DNA of 64,000 bases. Origin: Macrostomum hystrix. Taxonomy: Eukaryota > Animalia > Platyhelminthes. Below, in pieces: positions 12,853 to 25,725 of this stretch. The notes below the pieces were generated by a model. It had not been told where the DNA came from, ran no database searches, and saw only the letters and a list, made by a program, of their open reading frames with translations. The DNA lies in contig CATNEN010000009.1 in NCBI GenBank assembly GCA_950097015.1, positions 1,302,001-1,366,000 on the forward strand. Direction: 5' to 3'. How positions within the stretch are numbered: the stretch's first letter is position 1; each line of letters starts with the position of its first letter. The position numbers and the translations under genes are program-made.

Positions 12853-14161
12853 GGAAATGTGCAGTTGATGGGAATGTGCAGTTGATGGGAATGTGTAGTT
12901 TATGGGAATGTGCAGTTGATGGGAATGTGCAGTTGATGGGAATGTGCAGTTGATGGGAATGTGTAGTTTATGGGAATGTGCAGTTGATGGGAATGTGCAG
13001 TTGATGGGAATGTGTAGTTTATTGGAATGTGCAGATTATGGGAATGTGCAGTTAATGGGAATGTGTAGTTTATGGGAATGTGCAGTTTATGGGAATGTAC
13101 AGTTTATAGGAATGTGCAGTTGATGGGAATGTGCAGTTGATGGGAATGTGCAGTTTATGGGAATGTGCAGTTTATTGGAATGTGCAGTTTATTGGAATGT
13201 GCAGTTTATGGGAATGTGCAGTTTATGGGAATGTGCAGTTTATGGGAATGTCCAGTTTATTGGAATGTGCAGTTTATTGGAATGTTCAGTTCATGGGAAT
13301 GTGTAGTTTATGGGAATGTGCAGTTGATGGGAATGTGCAGTTTATTCGAATCTGCAGTTTTTTGGGAATGTGCAGTTTTTGGGAATGTAGAGTTTGTAGG
13401 AATGTGCAGTTTTTTGGGAATGTGCAGTTTTTTGGGAATGTAGGGTTTGTAGGAATGTGCAGTTTTTTGGGAATGTGTAGTTTTTGGGAATGTAGAGTTT
13501 GTAGGAATGTGTAGTTTATTCGAATGTGAAGTTTAGGGGAATGTGCAGTTTATGGGAATGTGCAGTTTATTGGAATGTGCAGTTTATTGGAATGTGCAGT
13601 TTATGGGAATGTGCAGTTTATGGGAATGTGCAGTTTATGGGAATGTCCAGTTTATTGGAATGTGCAGTTTATTGGAATGTTCAGTTCATGGGAATGTGTA
13701 GTTTATGGGAATGTGCAGTTGATGGGAATGTGCAGTTTATTCGAATCTGCAGTTTTTTGGGAATGTGCAGTTTTTGGGAATGTAGAGTTTGTAGGAATGT
13801 GCAGTTTTTTGGGAATGTGCAGTTTTTTGGGAATGTAGGGTTTGTAGGAATGTGCAGTTTTTTGGGAATGTGTAGTTTTTGGGAATGTAGAGTTTGTAGG
13901 AATGTGTAGTTTATTCGAATGTGAAGTTTAGGGGAATGTGCAGTTTTTGGGATTGTGCAGTTTATAGGAATGTGCAGTTTATTTGAATGTGCAGTTTAGG
14001 GCAATGTGCAGTTTATGGGAATGTGCAGTTGATGGGAATGTGCAGTTGAAGGGAATGTGCAGTTGATGGGAATGTGCAGTTGAAGGGAATGTGCAGTTGA
14101 TGGGATTGTGCAGTTGATGGGAATGTGCAGTTGAAGGGAATGTGCAGTTTATGGGAATGTG
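12853..14161. repeat. 17-bp tandem repeat containing a 395-bp block duplication
   Basis: Unit gggaatgtgcagtt(g/t)at; spurious ORFs 13165 and 13560 are identical at a 395-bp offset. Confidence 0.95.
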
Positions 14162-14599
14162 CGTGGCTTGTACAACAGCTTGTGTAGTGAATAAGACAGA
14201 TAAATGCTAAATGGGAACTATTTATTCTTTTAATCTTCCCTCATCTGCTGTTACCAATCCAGGAGATCTTTGCGCAGAGGTGTGAGGGCACAGACCAGGT
14301 AGGCAGTGCCCGTGTTTTTATTTAAATCATTTGGCTCATTGCCTTGCTAAGCAGCTAATGACCATTGCTGCAGTTGCAGCTGATGTAGGGGCCATATAAC
14401 AGCAGAGCAAACATTATTCTTTGCTGTCAGGTTAGCGAGGCCCATTGCTTATATTGCCCCTAGAGGAGTGGCATTAGTGAGGGGCTTGGGGGATTTTACA
14501 ACACAAAATTCGCTCTTTACAACAGCAGACGCTGTTCGCTCATTCATTTATGGCCTGCTGGCTCAGCCGATGACCCCTCAAGGCCGCACCTGGCCCCAA

Positions 14600-14830
14600 C
14601 CCCAGCCCAGCCAATGGGAGCGGGACAGCGTCTGATTGGCTGGCCCGCCTCTCCCCTGTCTGGGCCTGACCCTCAACCGGCGCCGCGACGGCTGAGGGGG
14701 GGCACAGAGAAAATCTGCCACTGGGAGGGAATACCCACTAAGCATATAGCTGAGGCTTTATAAGGCCGGGACGGGCAAGGACGACAAGAGGCTCTCAAAA
14801 GCGTGCGTAAACACGTCATCGCGAGGCTTC
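14600..14830 (+). promoter_or_regulatory. Putative promoter of the EVA-1-like gene
   Basis: CCAAT at 14611 and inverted at 14635, GC-rich cccgcc, tttataa at 14757, acgtca near 14814; 190 bp upstream of the ATG at 14953. Confidence 0.4.
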
Positions 14831-14952
14831 CCCGGCTTGTCTTTCTTCCCAACCCACCCCCCTGAAATAGTCTCTGTGACGCGTCCTAGGTTATTGTCCC
14901 TTGCTATTTTTGCACACCTGCCTGTTCACCAGGAGGACGGCTTCACTGAAGA

Positions 14953-15133
14953 ATGTCGCGACGTCAAACGTCGTCCTTCCAATCGGTTGCGCTGCTGCTG
15001 CCGCTGCTGTTGCTCCAGACGCCCTCAGCGGCCGGCATCGCGGCGCCGTCGATGAGTTTGCCAGCTGGCGATGAGCCCAGCGCCAAGAAGGTCAGGTTGT
15101 TCATAGATCTGGAGAAGGTCAACTATTACCGAG
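14953..15133 (+). CDS. EVA1C: EVA-1-like SUEL lectin receptor, exon 1 (signal peptide)
   Basis: ATG, hydrophobic ALLLPLLLL, donor G|gtgag. Model join(14953-15133,16833-17062,27654-27798,28171-28458,34727-34885,37768-38429) = 1665 nt, 554 aa, all phases compatible. Symbol indicates family only. Confidence 0.75.
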
Positions 15134-15490
15134 GTGAGCCCACGTGCTGCAGCTTTGCCTTTGGGTTTTGAAAGGCCCATGTTAATGGTGCAGCTGCAGC
15201 TTTGCCTGCGGTCTGTTCCACGCATTCTAAATAATTGAGAAATTCTGCCAGTCATTCGGGCGCAACGCTGCGAATTAACAATGCGGCTTCAGAAACTGAC
15301 AGTTACACTGGCTAGATGCCACTGCAGCCCGGAATATCAGAATGATACAAGTTTATGCCCATTTCCACCCGGCATTTTACGACCCCCCCTCGAAGTCGCC
15401 GGGACTTCGTGCGGGCCAGTTCGGGCCACTGGCGAAACTTCACGGACTCGGGTTGGCGTATATGACATTTGCGAATCAAGTACCGGGTCA

Positions 15491-16441
15491 CAGGGGCGTA
15501 CGCTGCGTAGCCAGGGGAGGTTTTGGGCCCCCCTAGTAGTGGCGTCCCCCCCTAGTAGTGGCGTCCCCCCTAGTAGTGGCGCCCCCCTAGAAGTGGCACC
15601 CTCCCCCTAGAAGTGGCGCCCCCTTAGTAGTGGCGCCCCCCTAGAAGTGGCGTCCCCCCCTAGTAGTGGCGTCCCCCCTAGTAGTGGCGTCCCCCCTAGT
15701 AGTGGCGCCCCCCCTAGTAGTGGCGCCCCCCTAGAAGTGGCACCCTCCCCCTAGAAGTGGCACCCTCCCCCTAGTAGTGGCGCCCCCCTAGAAGTGGCGC
15801 CCCCCCCTAGAAGTGGCGCCCCCCTAGAAGTGGCACCCTCCCCCTAGAAGTGGCGCCCCCCTAGTAGTGGCGCCCCCCTAGAAGTGGCGCCCCCCCCTAG
15901 AAGTGGCGCCCCCCCCCTAGTAGTGCCCCCCCTAGTAGTGGCGCCCCCCTAGTAGTAGCGCCCCCCTAGAAGTGGCGCCCTCCCCCTAGAAGTGGCGCCC
16001 TCCCCCTAGAAGTGGCGCCCCCCTAGTAGTGGCGCCCGCCTAGAAGTGGCGCCCCCCCTAGAAGTGGCGCCCCCCTAGTAGTGGCGCCCCCCTAGAAGTG
16101 GCGCCCCCCCCTAGAAGTGGCGCCCCCCCCTAGTAGTGCCCCCCCTAGTAGTGGCGCCCCCCTAGTAGTAGCGCCCCCCTAGAAGTGGCGCCCTCCCCCT
16201 AGAAGTGGCGCCCCCCTAGTAGTGGCGCCCGCCTAGAAGTGGCGCCCCCCCTAGAAGTGGCGCCCCCCCTAGTAGTGCCCTCCCTAGTAGTGGCGCCCCC
16301 CTAGAAGTGGCGCCCTCCCCCTAGAAGTGGCGCCCTCCCCCTAGTAGTGGCGCCCCCTCTAGAAGTGGCGCCTTCCAGCGCCCTAGTTACCCAGCGCCCT
16401 TAGAGGCGCCCCACCTAGAAAAAACCCTGGCTTCGCCACTG
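15491..16441. mobile_element. hAT-like MITE filled by a 19-21-bp minisatellite
   Basis: Left caggggcgta...gccagggg and right ccctggcttcgccactg (rc cagtggcgaagccaggg); internal (cccctag[a/t]agtggcgcc)n at 15530-16380; no clean 8-bp TSD. Confidence 0.55.
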
Positions 16442-16832
16442 CCGCACAATGCTTGTGCAGTTCTGTCGGAGACAAATCAGTCTTTGTTCCACACAATAGA
16501 CATTGTGGCCTCGGGTTATTTACACTCTACTGGCTCAGAGCAGTGGGTCCCCCTGTTGAGACAGCTCATCGCTCAGCGTTGCATGTCAACTCAGGGGTGA
16601 ACTCAGGCTCCTCGCATTCAAAGCGCTGCACCTGACTGACCTCCGCGAGCTTTGTAAAGCCGTGTCCTGAATTGGGATCCGGAGAACAAGGTCCTGTGTC
16701 AGTGTCCCGGGTTGCGGAAAACGCAGGTGTTAATCCAGGTGGCCTGAGTAATGATGACCTTCCCCACTCCAAGATCAAAGCGAGAAATCTTTTATCCCAG
16801 TGTCGAATCCCCGAATCCCGGCAACCGCGCAG

Positions 16833-17062
16833 GTCTGGTCCGTCGATTCGTGCAACTGGACACCGAAATCTCCTGCCTGCGCCAGGACTCAATGACTCTG
16901 AGCTGCCCGGACCAGTCGCAAATCTTCGTCAACTCGGTGACACTGAAACGGAGCTCCGCTGGCGACTGCCCGACCTCCGGTGGAGGCGGCATCAACGGCA
17001 GCGACTTCCTGGCCGACAGCATGCTGGCCCTGCGGCGCTGCGGCTACTCCAGGGCCCTACAG
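16833..17062 (+). CDS. EVA1C: EVA-1-like exon 2 (SUEL domain 1, N-part)
   Basis: cag|GT CTG; EISCLRQDSMTLSCPDQSQIFVNSV...C; donor CAG|gtgag. Confidence 0.8.
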
Positions 17063-17751
17063 GTGAGCCGGTTTTCTATTAGACAGCAAAGCAAAGCCGC
17101 ATGCCTTAGCTTTGCCAAGGCTGACTCACTCTGATTTGTCAGCAAACAAACCCAACTGATGCGGGTAGGCGCCAATTTAATAGATTAAAAATGGGATTAA
17201 AATGTGCGGCGAATGGAGGATTGCAGAGACTCATCAGTCACCCCCGACTCACAGATAGCGTCTGCCGCCGACTCAGCAGCCAGTTGGCTTAATAATTCAC
17301 GAGCCGCTCATTGAGCTGGCTCACAGCCCAGACCAAGTGAGGCCTGGAACTCTGACAGCGGCTGTCCCGCTGGTCAGTGCCGACACTCCGGCCGTGCGGA
17401 GAGGCACTTCAGCAGGCTAGCGCTTCGAGTCAAATCGATTCGCCTGAGTCTCGGGCTGACAGGCTCCTTCAACCCCCGCTCCAAACGATAATATTTTGAG
17501 TAGGCTGGTTGAGCAGCTCTGAGAACCATGCTGGGTAGAAAGCGAAGAGAAAAATGGTTTTATGACCTGAGCAGTTGCTGCTTCAAGTTGAGGCCTGCCT
17601 TTTCGCCTTTTCCCTGAGACGCTTCTGCCACCACCTCAGGATGTCCCTGACTACTCACTCACCTCACATTTCCAGTCACCAACTCATTCAAATCCTCTCA
17701 ATATTTTATCCTCTCATGCTCTCATCCAGTATTATGGGCGCTCATAATCCT

Positions 17752-19120
17752 GTAATCCTCTCATCCTGTAATCCTCTCATCCATAATCCTCTCATCCATA
17801 ATCCTCTCATCCAGTAATCCTCTCATCCTGTAATCCTCTCATCCAGTAATCCTCTCATCCAGTAATCCTCTCATCCAGTAATCCTCTCATCCAGTAATCC
17901 TCGCATCCAGTAATCCTCTCATCCAGTAATCCTCTCATCCTGTAATCCTCTCATCCAGTAATCCTCTCATCCAGTAATCTTCTCATCCAGTAATCCTCGC
18001 ATCCAGTAATCCTCTCATCCAGTAATCCTCTCATCCAGTAATCCTCTCATCCTGTAATCCTCTCATCCAGTAATCCTCTCATCCTGTAATCCTCTCATCC
18101 AGTAATCCTCTCATCCAGTAATCCTCTCATCCAGTAATCCTCGCATCCAGTAATCCTCTCATCCAGTAATCCTCTCATCCTGTAATCCTCTCATCCAGTA
18201 ATTCTCTCATCCAGTAATCCTCTCATCCAGTAATCCTCTCATCCAGTAATCCTCTCATCCAGTAATCCTCTCATCCAGTAATCCTCTCATCCAGTAATCC
18301 TCGCATCCAGTAATCCTCTCATCCAGTAATCCTCTCATCCAGTAATCCTCTCATCCAGTAATCCTCTCATCCAGTAATCCTCTCATCCAGTAATCCTCTC
18401 ATCCAGTAATCCTCATCCAGTAATCCTCTCATCCAGTAATCCTCTCATCCAGTAATCCTCTCATCCAGTAATCCTCTCATCCAGTAATCCTCTCATCCAG
18501 TAATCCTCTCATCCAGTAATCCTCTCATCCAGTAATCCTCTCATCCAGTAATCCTCGCATCCAGTAATCCTCTCATCCAGTAATCCTCTCATCCTGTAAT
18601 CCTCTCATCCAGTAATTCTCTCATCCAGTAATCCTCTCATCCAGTAATCCTCTCATCCAGTAATCCTCTCATCCAGTAATCCTCTCATCCAGTAATCCTC
18701 TCATCCAGTAATCCTCTCATCCAGTAATCCTCTCATCCAGTAGTCCTCTCATCCAGTAATCCTCTCATCCATAATCCTCTCATCCAGTAATCCTCTCATC
18801 CAGTAATCCTCTCATCCAGTAATCCTCTCATCCAGTAATCCTCTCATCCAGTAATCCTCGCATCCAGTAATCCTCTCATCCAGTAATCCTCTCATCCTGT
18901 AATCCTCTCATCCAGTAATTCTCTCATCCAGTAATCCTCTCATCCAGTAATCCTCTCATCCAGTAATCCTCTCATCCAGTAATCCTCTCATCCAGTAATC
19001 CTCTCATCCAGTAATCCTCTCATCCAGTAATCCTCTCATCCAGTAATCCTCTCATCCAGTAATCCTCTCATCCAGTAATCCTCGCATCCAGTAATCCTCT
19101 CATCCAGTAATCCTCTCATC
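17752..19120. repeat. 16-bp tandem repeat, about 85 units (intron 2)
   Basis: Unit taatcctctcatccag. Confidence 0.98.
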
Positions 19121-21478
19121 TGTCACCCTGTCCGTCTTTCATGATCGCACTCCCCCTTATCCTCATATTCCCAATCTTTGTCTCAGTCGCCAAGGCACGC
19201 CCTAAATCGGTTTCTCTCCACAGTCGGCCCGGCTGCCCAGCGGATCGGGGTGGGGTGGGTGGCCGCGGCTGATGCAGATCTTGTGTCGCAACCAGTTACA
19301 ACTAATTCCGCCTTATCACTTCCACTTGGTTTGCTAGAGTTGTGTGATTCTGCGTATCGATCTACTCTCTGCCTTTGAGCACACAGTGCCTACCCCCCAA
19401 TAACTTTCCCCTGTCACCGGCTGAGCCATTCTGGATTACGTAACCGACTCAACTGACCCCTCATCGACCAATCATTCCGGGAGCGTCGCTGATCCCCATT
19501 CAATTTTTAAACAAAGCTGAGCAATGGCTGCTCACGCAGGTCGTGGGAGCCTTCGGGCTGTGTCCAAACTGAAGCCATGCAGTCCGCTTCGGCCTCACTA
19601 ACCATTGAGAACAGAATCGATCCACCCCAAGCCCGCCAATCTTTAACAGTCCTGCGCCGCATTCTGGGCCAAATGCTCGGCGCTCAGTTCTCTTAAAATA
19701 GTTTTTCGAAGTGTGTCTCACAGCGCTGAGTCAGCTGGGGCCTAAACTGCTTTTGTTTCTCAAAGTGTTCTCGAGTTTAGAAACAGAGAGAGCACACAAA
19801 GCAATGTAGTGATCCGCTGAGGGAACACGGTTTTATGGCAGCTGGTTTTACTGCTGAAGTGTAGCAAAAGTTAGGCAGAGCTGGCAGTGAAGTTTTTGTT
19901 TCATACGCAAATTTTTACAGCCGCTAATTCCATGCTCGGCCTGTAAAAGCACAGCTGAAACCCGTGAAAGTCACTGGACTGGGCCGGGGAACTGACAAAT
20001 ACGATCTTAGGGCGAAGATCTGCTTGATGCTGTCAACACCGAAGCTGACGGTTCGGCGCGTGACTTCCACACCTGTGGCACATTGTGTAGTCATGGCGGC
20101 AGATGTCCTCGCGGAATGGGAGTTTGGCGGGGGCCTTGATTGGCAGGTTGGTGGCAGCGCTGACTTCAACTCCGTGACCCCGCGGGTCTCTGTCACAGGG
20201 CAGATTTCGCTTTCAAAAGACAACACGAGACTGCACGCTGCGAGTTACCTTTAGCTTCGCCATCCGCTCTCCACCGTTTGTGACGGCTTTGAATCTGTCC
20301 CAGCAGAACAGTCCCCATCTGCCACCTTATCACTTCAAGGCTTTCCGACCTTTCTATAGTAAACACAAATTCCTGGGAAACATTCAACGAACGATTCCTA
20401 AGGCAAAGCGCCCGCTGCCATTCAAGGCGAGAATGAAAAAGTCGGTACTTTGTCCTCCCCATCAGCAAAGTCCCCAGCCCCAACTGCACAATGGCCGCAG
20501 CTGCTCTTCTTCAAAGCCTGTCGACTCACAGATCAAACTCAACTACAAAAGACAGCGTCGCAGAGCACCTCCCGCCCCACCCCTTTGCAGTCCCCGGGGA
20601 TTTTTAGGGAAGACGAGCAGGAAAGAAGTGCGTGAGGAATGGCGAGACAGGAACCAGGCCCAGTTTATCCCCACGGCTAAGCCGATGAAGCGAAAGTCCT
20701 GAGCGGAAGCTGAGTGAGCTGGCGCGGTTTTCTGCTCTAAGACTTTTTCATAACTCATATCCGCTCATTCAGGTGCTGGGATTGGGAAAACATGCCCCCC
20801 GATGGGTGGGGATTTGGGCCGGACTATTTCTAAGAGTCTGCAGGTGCAAATTTCCTCTTTCCTGAGAAGCAGAAGTCTGCTGCAGTTTTGCTTTGGTCTC
20901 GAGTGGGCTCCGCCATTCTAAGAATGCCGCTTTCTTAGAAAGTGCGCGCCCCGTTCAGCCTCACGCAGTCCCACCGGCTCCTGTAGGCGGCTTTCGGCGA
21001 TCGATTTTTAAACAAAGAATTCCTCTCACTCTCGGCTGCGGCCTGTTTGATGCCCTGGCTGGGAGTCGCTTTTCAAAGCAATAAACCGCTCTAGAATACT
21101 CAGAGGTCATCGTTTGAGTCGCGGCCCTCATAAAACTGTTTGGCATTCAGAATCTGCATTTTTTCTAATGCAGTTTTAGCTTTAGGGATAAATTACTGAC
21201 CTCGATCCTGTGGGAAATTCGGAATGCGAGCTGAGTCCCTGTTAGGCTTAAGAAGCTTTCACAAGAACTCGCAGCTGCTGCGGCAATTGACCCGAAGGTT
21301 GCTGGGCGGAGTCTGGTCAGGGGGGCATCTTGACCCTGCTCTCGAGCTGTAATGCAATATATCTTCCCGAGGCCCCGCCAGCAACCGCTCCCTAAATTAC
21401 CAGCCTAAATAGATTTCTCCCAGGAGTTTCTACTAGGTATGAATATGCGGGTACTTCCTTCGGCTGGGGGGATAAGCA

Positions 21479-21504
21479 TAATAATAATAATAATAATAAT
21501 AATA
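21479..21504. repeat. (ATA)n microsatellite
   Basis: Direct reading. Confidence 0.9.
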
Positions 21505-22253
21505 ATTGCAGGAGGGCTGCGGGCAGTGGCACATCATTTAGCGACACTAGACCAGCAGCCAGCGAGGAGGCAGTTCTGGCACACACATACTGTACGCAGG
21601 CACACGCTCATACAGGGTGTGTACATCTGCCCTGACTTTCTCATCGTCAGGCAGTGTACACTCTCACTGTGCCTTCGAGTTTGGCCTTCAAGGGCATTAG
21701 TTGCACTACAAGCCCCCAAAGCCTTCTTTATGAGTCTGCGCCCCAAGTGAATGTGGCCTCGCCGCGGAATCGAGCTCAGGGACTTTGGCGCAAACGCGTT
21801 AACCGCGCTGCAACCCCCGGGAGGGGGGAATTTGGTTGTTCTCAGAAACACCAGCTGCTCAAAAATAAGCAAGAACTGGCTGAGATGAGCTGAGCAGCCA
21901 GGAAATATGATGAATGAACTGGTCCTGCCAGGTTCACAGCCCTCAGACTTGTCTGACAGGCCAGCAGACACGCAGATGGCCCTCGGATCTGTGATTAATG
22001 GCCTGAGCAGAGGGAGTGGGGTGGCTGCGGCTGACAAATGTTATCAGTGGGCACACAGCGGTCGTCACCCTCGCTTAGCTGTGCATTCTTGAAATGCGAC
22101 AGCTGACACCACAGCCTTGTACTTCCGCCTGAGAACTGCAATGGCTCGTGCTAGTTGAGGGCTAGCATTAGCGAGCCTGTGGCTGATAGTCATTTTGTAA
22201 ATTGAAATTGAGTTTTCTATAGCTCTGTCTAAAAGCTTCACAAACAGAATTCA

Positions 22254-25200
22254 AATCCAGAATCCTCAGATCCTCAGATCCTCAGATCCAGAATCCTCAG
22301 ATCCTCAGGTACAGAATACCCAGATCCTCAGATCCTCAGATCCTCAGATCCAGAATCCTCAGGAACAGAATACCCAGATCCTCAGATCCTCAGATCCTCA
22401 GATCCAGAATCCTCAGGTACAGAATACCCAGATCCTCAGATCCTCAGATCCTCAGATCCAGAATCCTCAGATCCTCAGATCCAGAATCCTCAGATCCTCA
22501 GATCCAGAATCCTCAGATCCTCAGGTACAGAAGCCACAGATCCTCAGATCCTCAGATCCTCAGATCCAGAATCCTCAGATCCTCAGGTACAGAATACCCA
22601 GATCCTCAGATCCTCAGATCCTCAGATCCAGAATCCTCAGATCCTCAGGTACAGAAGCCACAGATCCTCAGATCCTCAGATCCAGAATCCTCAGATCCTC
22701 AGATCCAGAATCCTCAGATCCTCAGATCCAGAATCCTCAGATCCTCAGGTACAGAAGCCACAGATCCTCAGACCCTCAGATCCTCAGATCCAGAATCCTC
22801 AGATCCTCAGGTACAGAAGCCACAGATCCTCAGATCCTCAGATCCTCAGGTACAGAAGCCACAGATCCTCAGATCCTCAGATCCTCAGGTACAGAAGCCA
22901 CAGATCCTCAGATCCTCAGATCCTCAGATCCAGAATCCTCAGATCCTCAGGTACAGAATACCCAGATCCTCAGATCCTCAGATCCTCAGATCCAGAATCC
23001 TCAGATCCTCAGGTACAGAATACGCAGATCCTCAGATCCTCAGATCCTCAGATCCAGAATCCTCAGATCCTCAGGTACAGAAGCCACAGATCCTCAGATC
23101 CTCAGGTACAGAAGCCACAGATCCTCAGATCCTCAGATCCTCAGATCCAGAATCCTCAGATCCTCAGGTACAGAAGCCACAGATCCTCAGATCCTCAGAT
23201 CCAGAATCCTCAGATCCTCAGGTACAGAAGCCACAGATCCTCAGATCCTCAGATCCAGAATACTAGATCCTCAGGTACAGAAGCCACAGATCCTCAGATC
23301 CTCAGATCCAGAATCCTCAGATCCAGAATCCTCAGATCCAGAATCCTCAGATCCTCAGGTACAGAAGCCACAGATCCTCAGATCCTCAGATCCAGAATCC
23401 TCAGATCCTCAGGTACAGAAGCCACAGATCCTCAGATCCTCAGTTCCTCAGATTACAGAAGCCACAGGTCCTCAGATTACAGAAGCCACAGGTCCTCAGA
23501 TTACAGAAGCCTCAGGTCCTCAGATTACAGAAGCCACAGGTCCTCAGATTACAGAAGCCACAGGTCCTCAGATTACAGAAGCCTCAGGTCCTCAGATTAC
23601 AGAAGCCTCAGGTCCTCAGATATAGAAGCCACAGATCCTCAGATACAGAATACTCAGATCCTCAGGTAAGAAGCCACAGGTCCTCAGATTACAGAAGCCA
23701 CAGATCCTCAGATTACAGAAGCCACAGGTCCTCAGATTACAGAAGCCACAGGTCCTCAGATACAGAAGCCACAGGTCCTCAGATTACAGAAGCCTCAGGT
23801 CCTCAGATACAGAAGCCACAGATCCTCAGATACAGAATACTCAGATCCTCAGGTACAGAAGCCACAGGTCCTCAGATACAGAAGCCACAGGTCCTCAGAT
23901 TACAGAAGCCTCAGGTCCTCAGATACAGAAGCCACAGATCCTCAGATACAGAATACTCAGATCCTCAGGTACAGAAGCCACAGGTCCTCAGATTACAGAA
24001 GCCACAGATCCTCAGATTACAGAAGCCACAGGTCCTCAGATTACAGAAGCCACAGGTCCTCAGATACAGAAGCCACAGGTCCTCAGATACAGAAGCCACA
24101 GGTCCTCAGATTACAGAAGCCTCAGGTCCTCAGATACAGAAGCCACAGATCCTCAGATACAGAATACTCAGATCCTCAGGTACAGAAGCCACAGGTCCTC
24201 AGATTACAGAAGCCACAGATCCTCAGATTACAGAAGCCACAGGTCCTCAGATTACAGAAGCCACAGGTCCTCAGATACAGAAGCCACAGGTCCTCAGATT
24301 ACAGAAGCCACAGGTCCTCAGATTACAGAAGCCACAGGTCCTCAGATACAGAAGCCACAGGTCCTCAGATTACAGAAGCCTCAGGTCCTTAGATAACAGA
24401 AGCCACAGGTCCTCAGATTACAGAAGCCACAGGTCCTCAGATACAGAAGCCACAGGTCCTCAGATTACAGAAGACTCAGGTCCTCAGATACAGAAGCCAC
24501 AGATCCTCAGATTACAGAAGCCTCAGGTCCTTAGATTACAGAAGCCACAGGTCCTCAGATTACAGAAGCCTCAGGTCCTCAGATACAGAAGCCACAGATC
24601 CTCAGATACAGAATACTCAGATCCTCAGGTACAGAAGCCACAGGTCCTCAGATTGCAGAAGCCACAGATCCTCAGATTACAGAAGCCACAGGTCCTCAGA
24701 TTACAGAAGCCACAGGTCCTCAGATTACAGAAGCCTCAGGTCCTCAGATTACAGAAGCCACAGGTCCTCAGATTACAGAAGCCACAGGTCCTCAGATTAC
24801 AGAAGCCTCAGGTCCTCAGATTACAGAAGCCACAGGTCCTCAGATTACAGAAGCCTCAGGTCCTTAGATTACAGAAGCCACAGGTCCTCAGATTACAGAA
24901 GCCACAGGTCCTCAGATACAGAAGCCACAGGTCCTCAGATTACAGAAGCCTCAGGTCCTCAGATACAGAAACCACAGATCCTCAGATACAGAATACTCAG
25001 ATCCTCAGGTACAGAAGCCACAGGTCCTCAGATTACAGAAGCCACAGGTCCTCAGATTACAGAAGCCTCAGGTCCTCAGATTACAGAAGCCACAGGTCCT
25101 CAGATTACAGAAGCCACAGGTCCTCAGATTACAGAAGCCACAGGTCCTCAGATTACAGAAGCCACAGGTCCTCAGATTACAGAAGCCTCAGGTCCTTAGA

Positions 25201-25725
25201 TTACAGAAGCCACAGGTCCTCAGATTACAGAAGCCACAGGTCCTCAGATACAGAAGCCACAGGTCCTCAGATTACAGAAGCCTCAGGTCCTCAGATACAG
25301 AAACCACAGATCCTCAGATACAGAATACTCAGATCCTCAGGTACAGAAGCCACAGGTCGTCAGATTACAGAAGCCACAGATCCTCAGATTACAGAAGCCA
25401 CAGGTCCTCAGATTACAGAAGCCACAGGTCCTCAGATACAGAAGCCACAGGTCCTCAGATTACAGAAGCCACAGGTCCTCAGATACAGAAGCCACAGATC
25501 CTCAGATTACAGAAGCCACAGGTCCTCAGATTACAGAAGCCACAGATCCTCAGATACAGAATACTCAGATCCTCAGGTACAGAAGCCACAGGTCCTCAGA
25601 TACAGAAGCCACAGGTCCTCAGATTACAGAAGCCACAGGTCCTCAGATTACAGAAGCCACAGATCCTCAGATTACAGAAGCCACAGGTCCTCAGATTACA
25701 GAGGCCACAGGTCTTCAGATCATCA
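22254..25725. repeat. Composite 8/23/24-bp satellite (intron 2)
   Basis: Left part built from cagatcct 8-mers plus caggtacagaagccac; right part is 23/24-bp cagaagccacaggtcctcagatta. Confidence 0.95.

Noticed and set aside
19178-22092. Short ORFs in intron 2 as a nested gene
   Set aside because: No consistent exon chain or recognisable protein on either strand.
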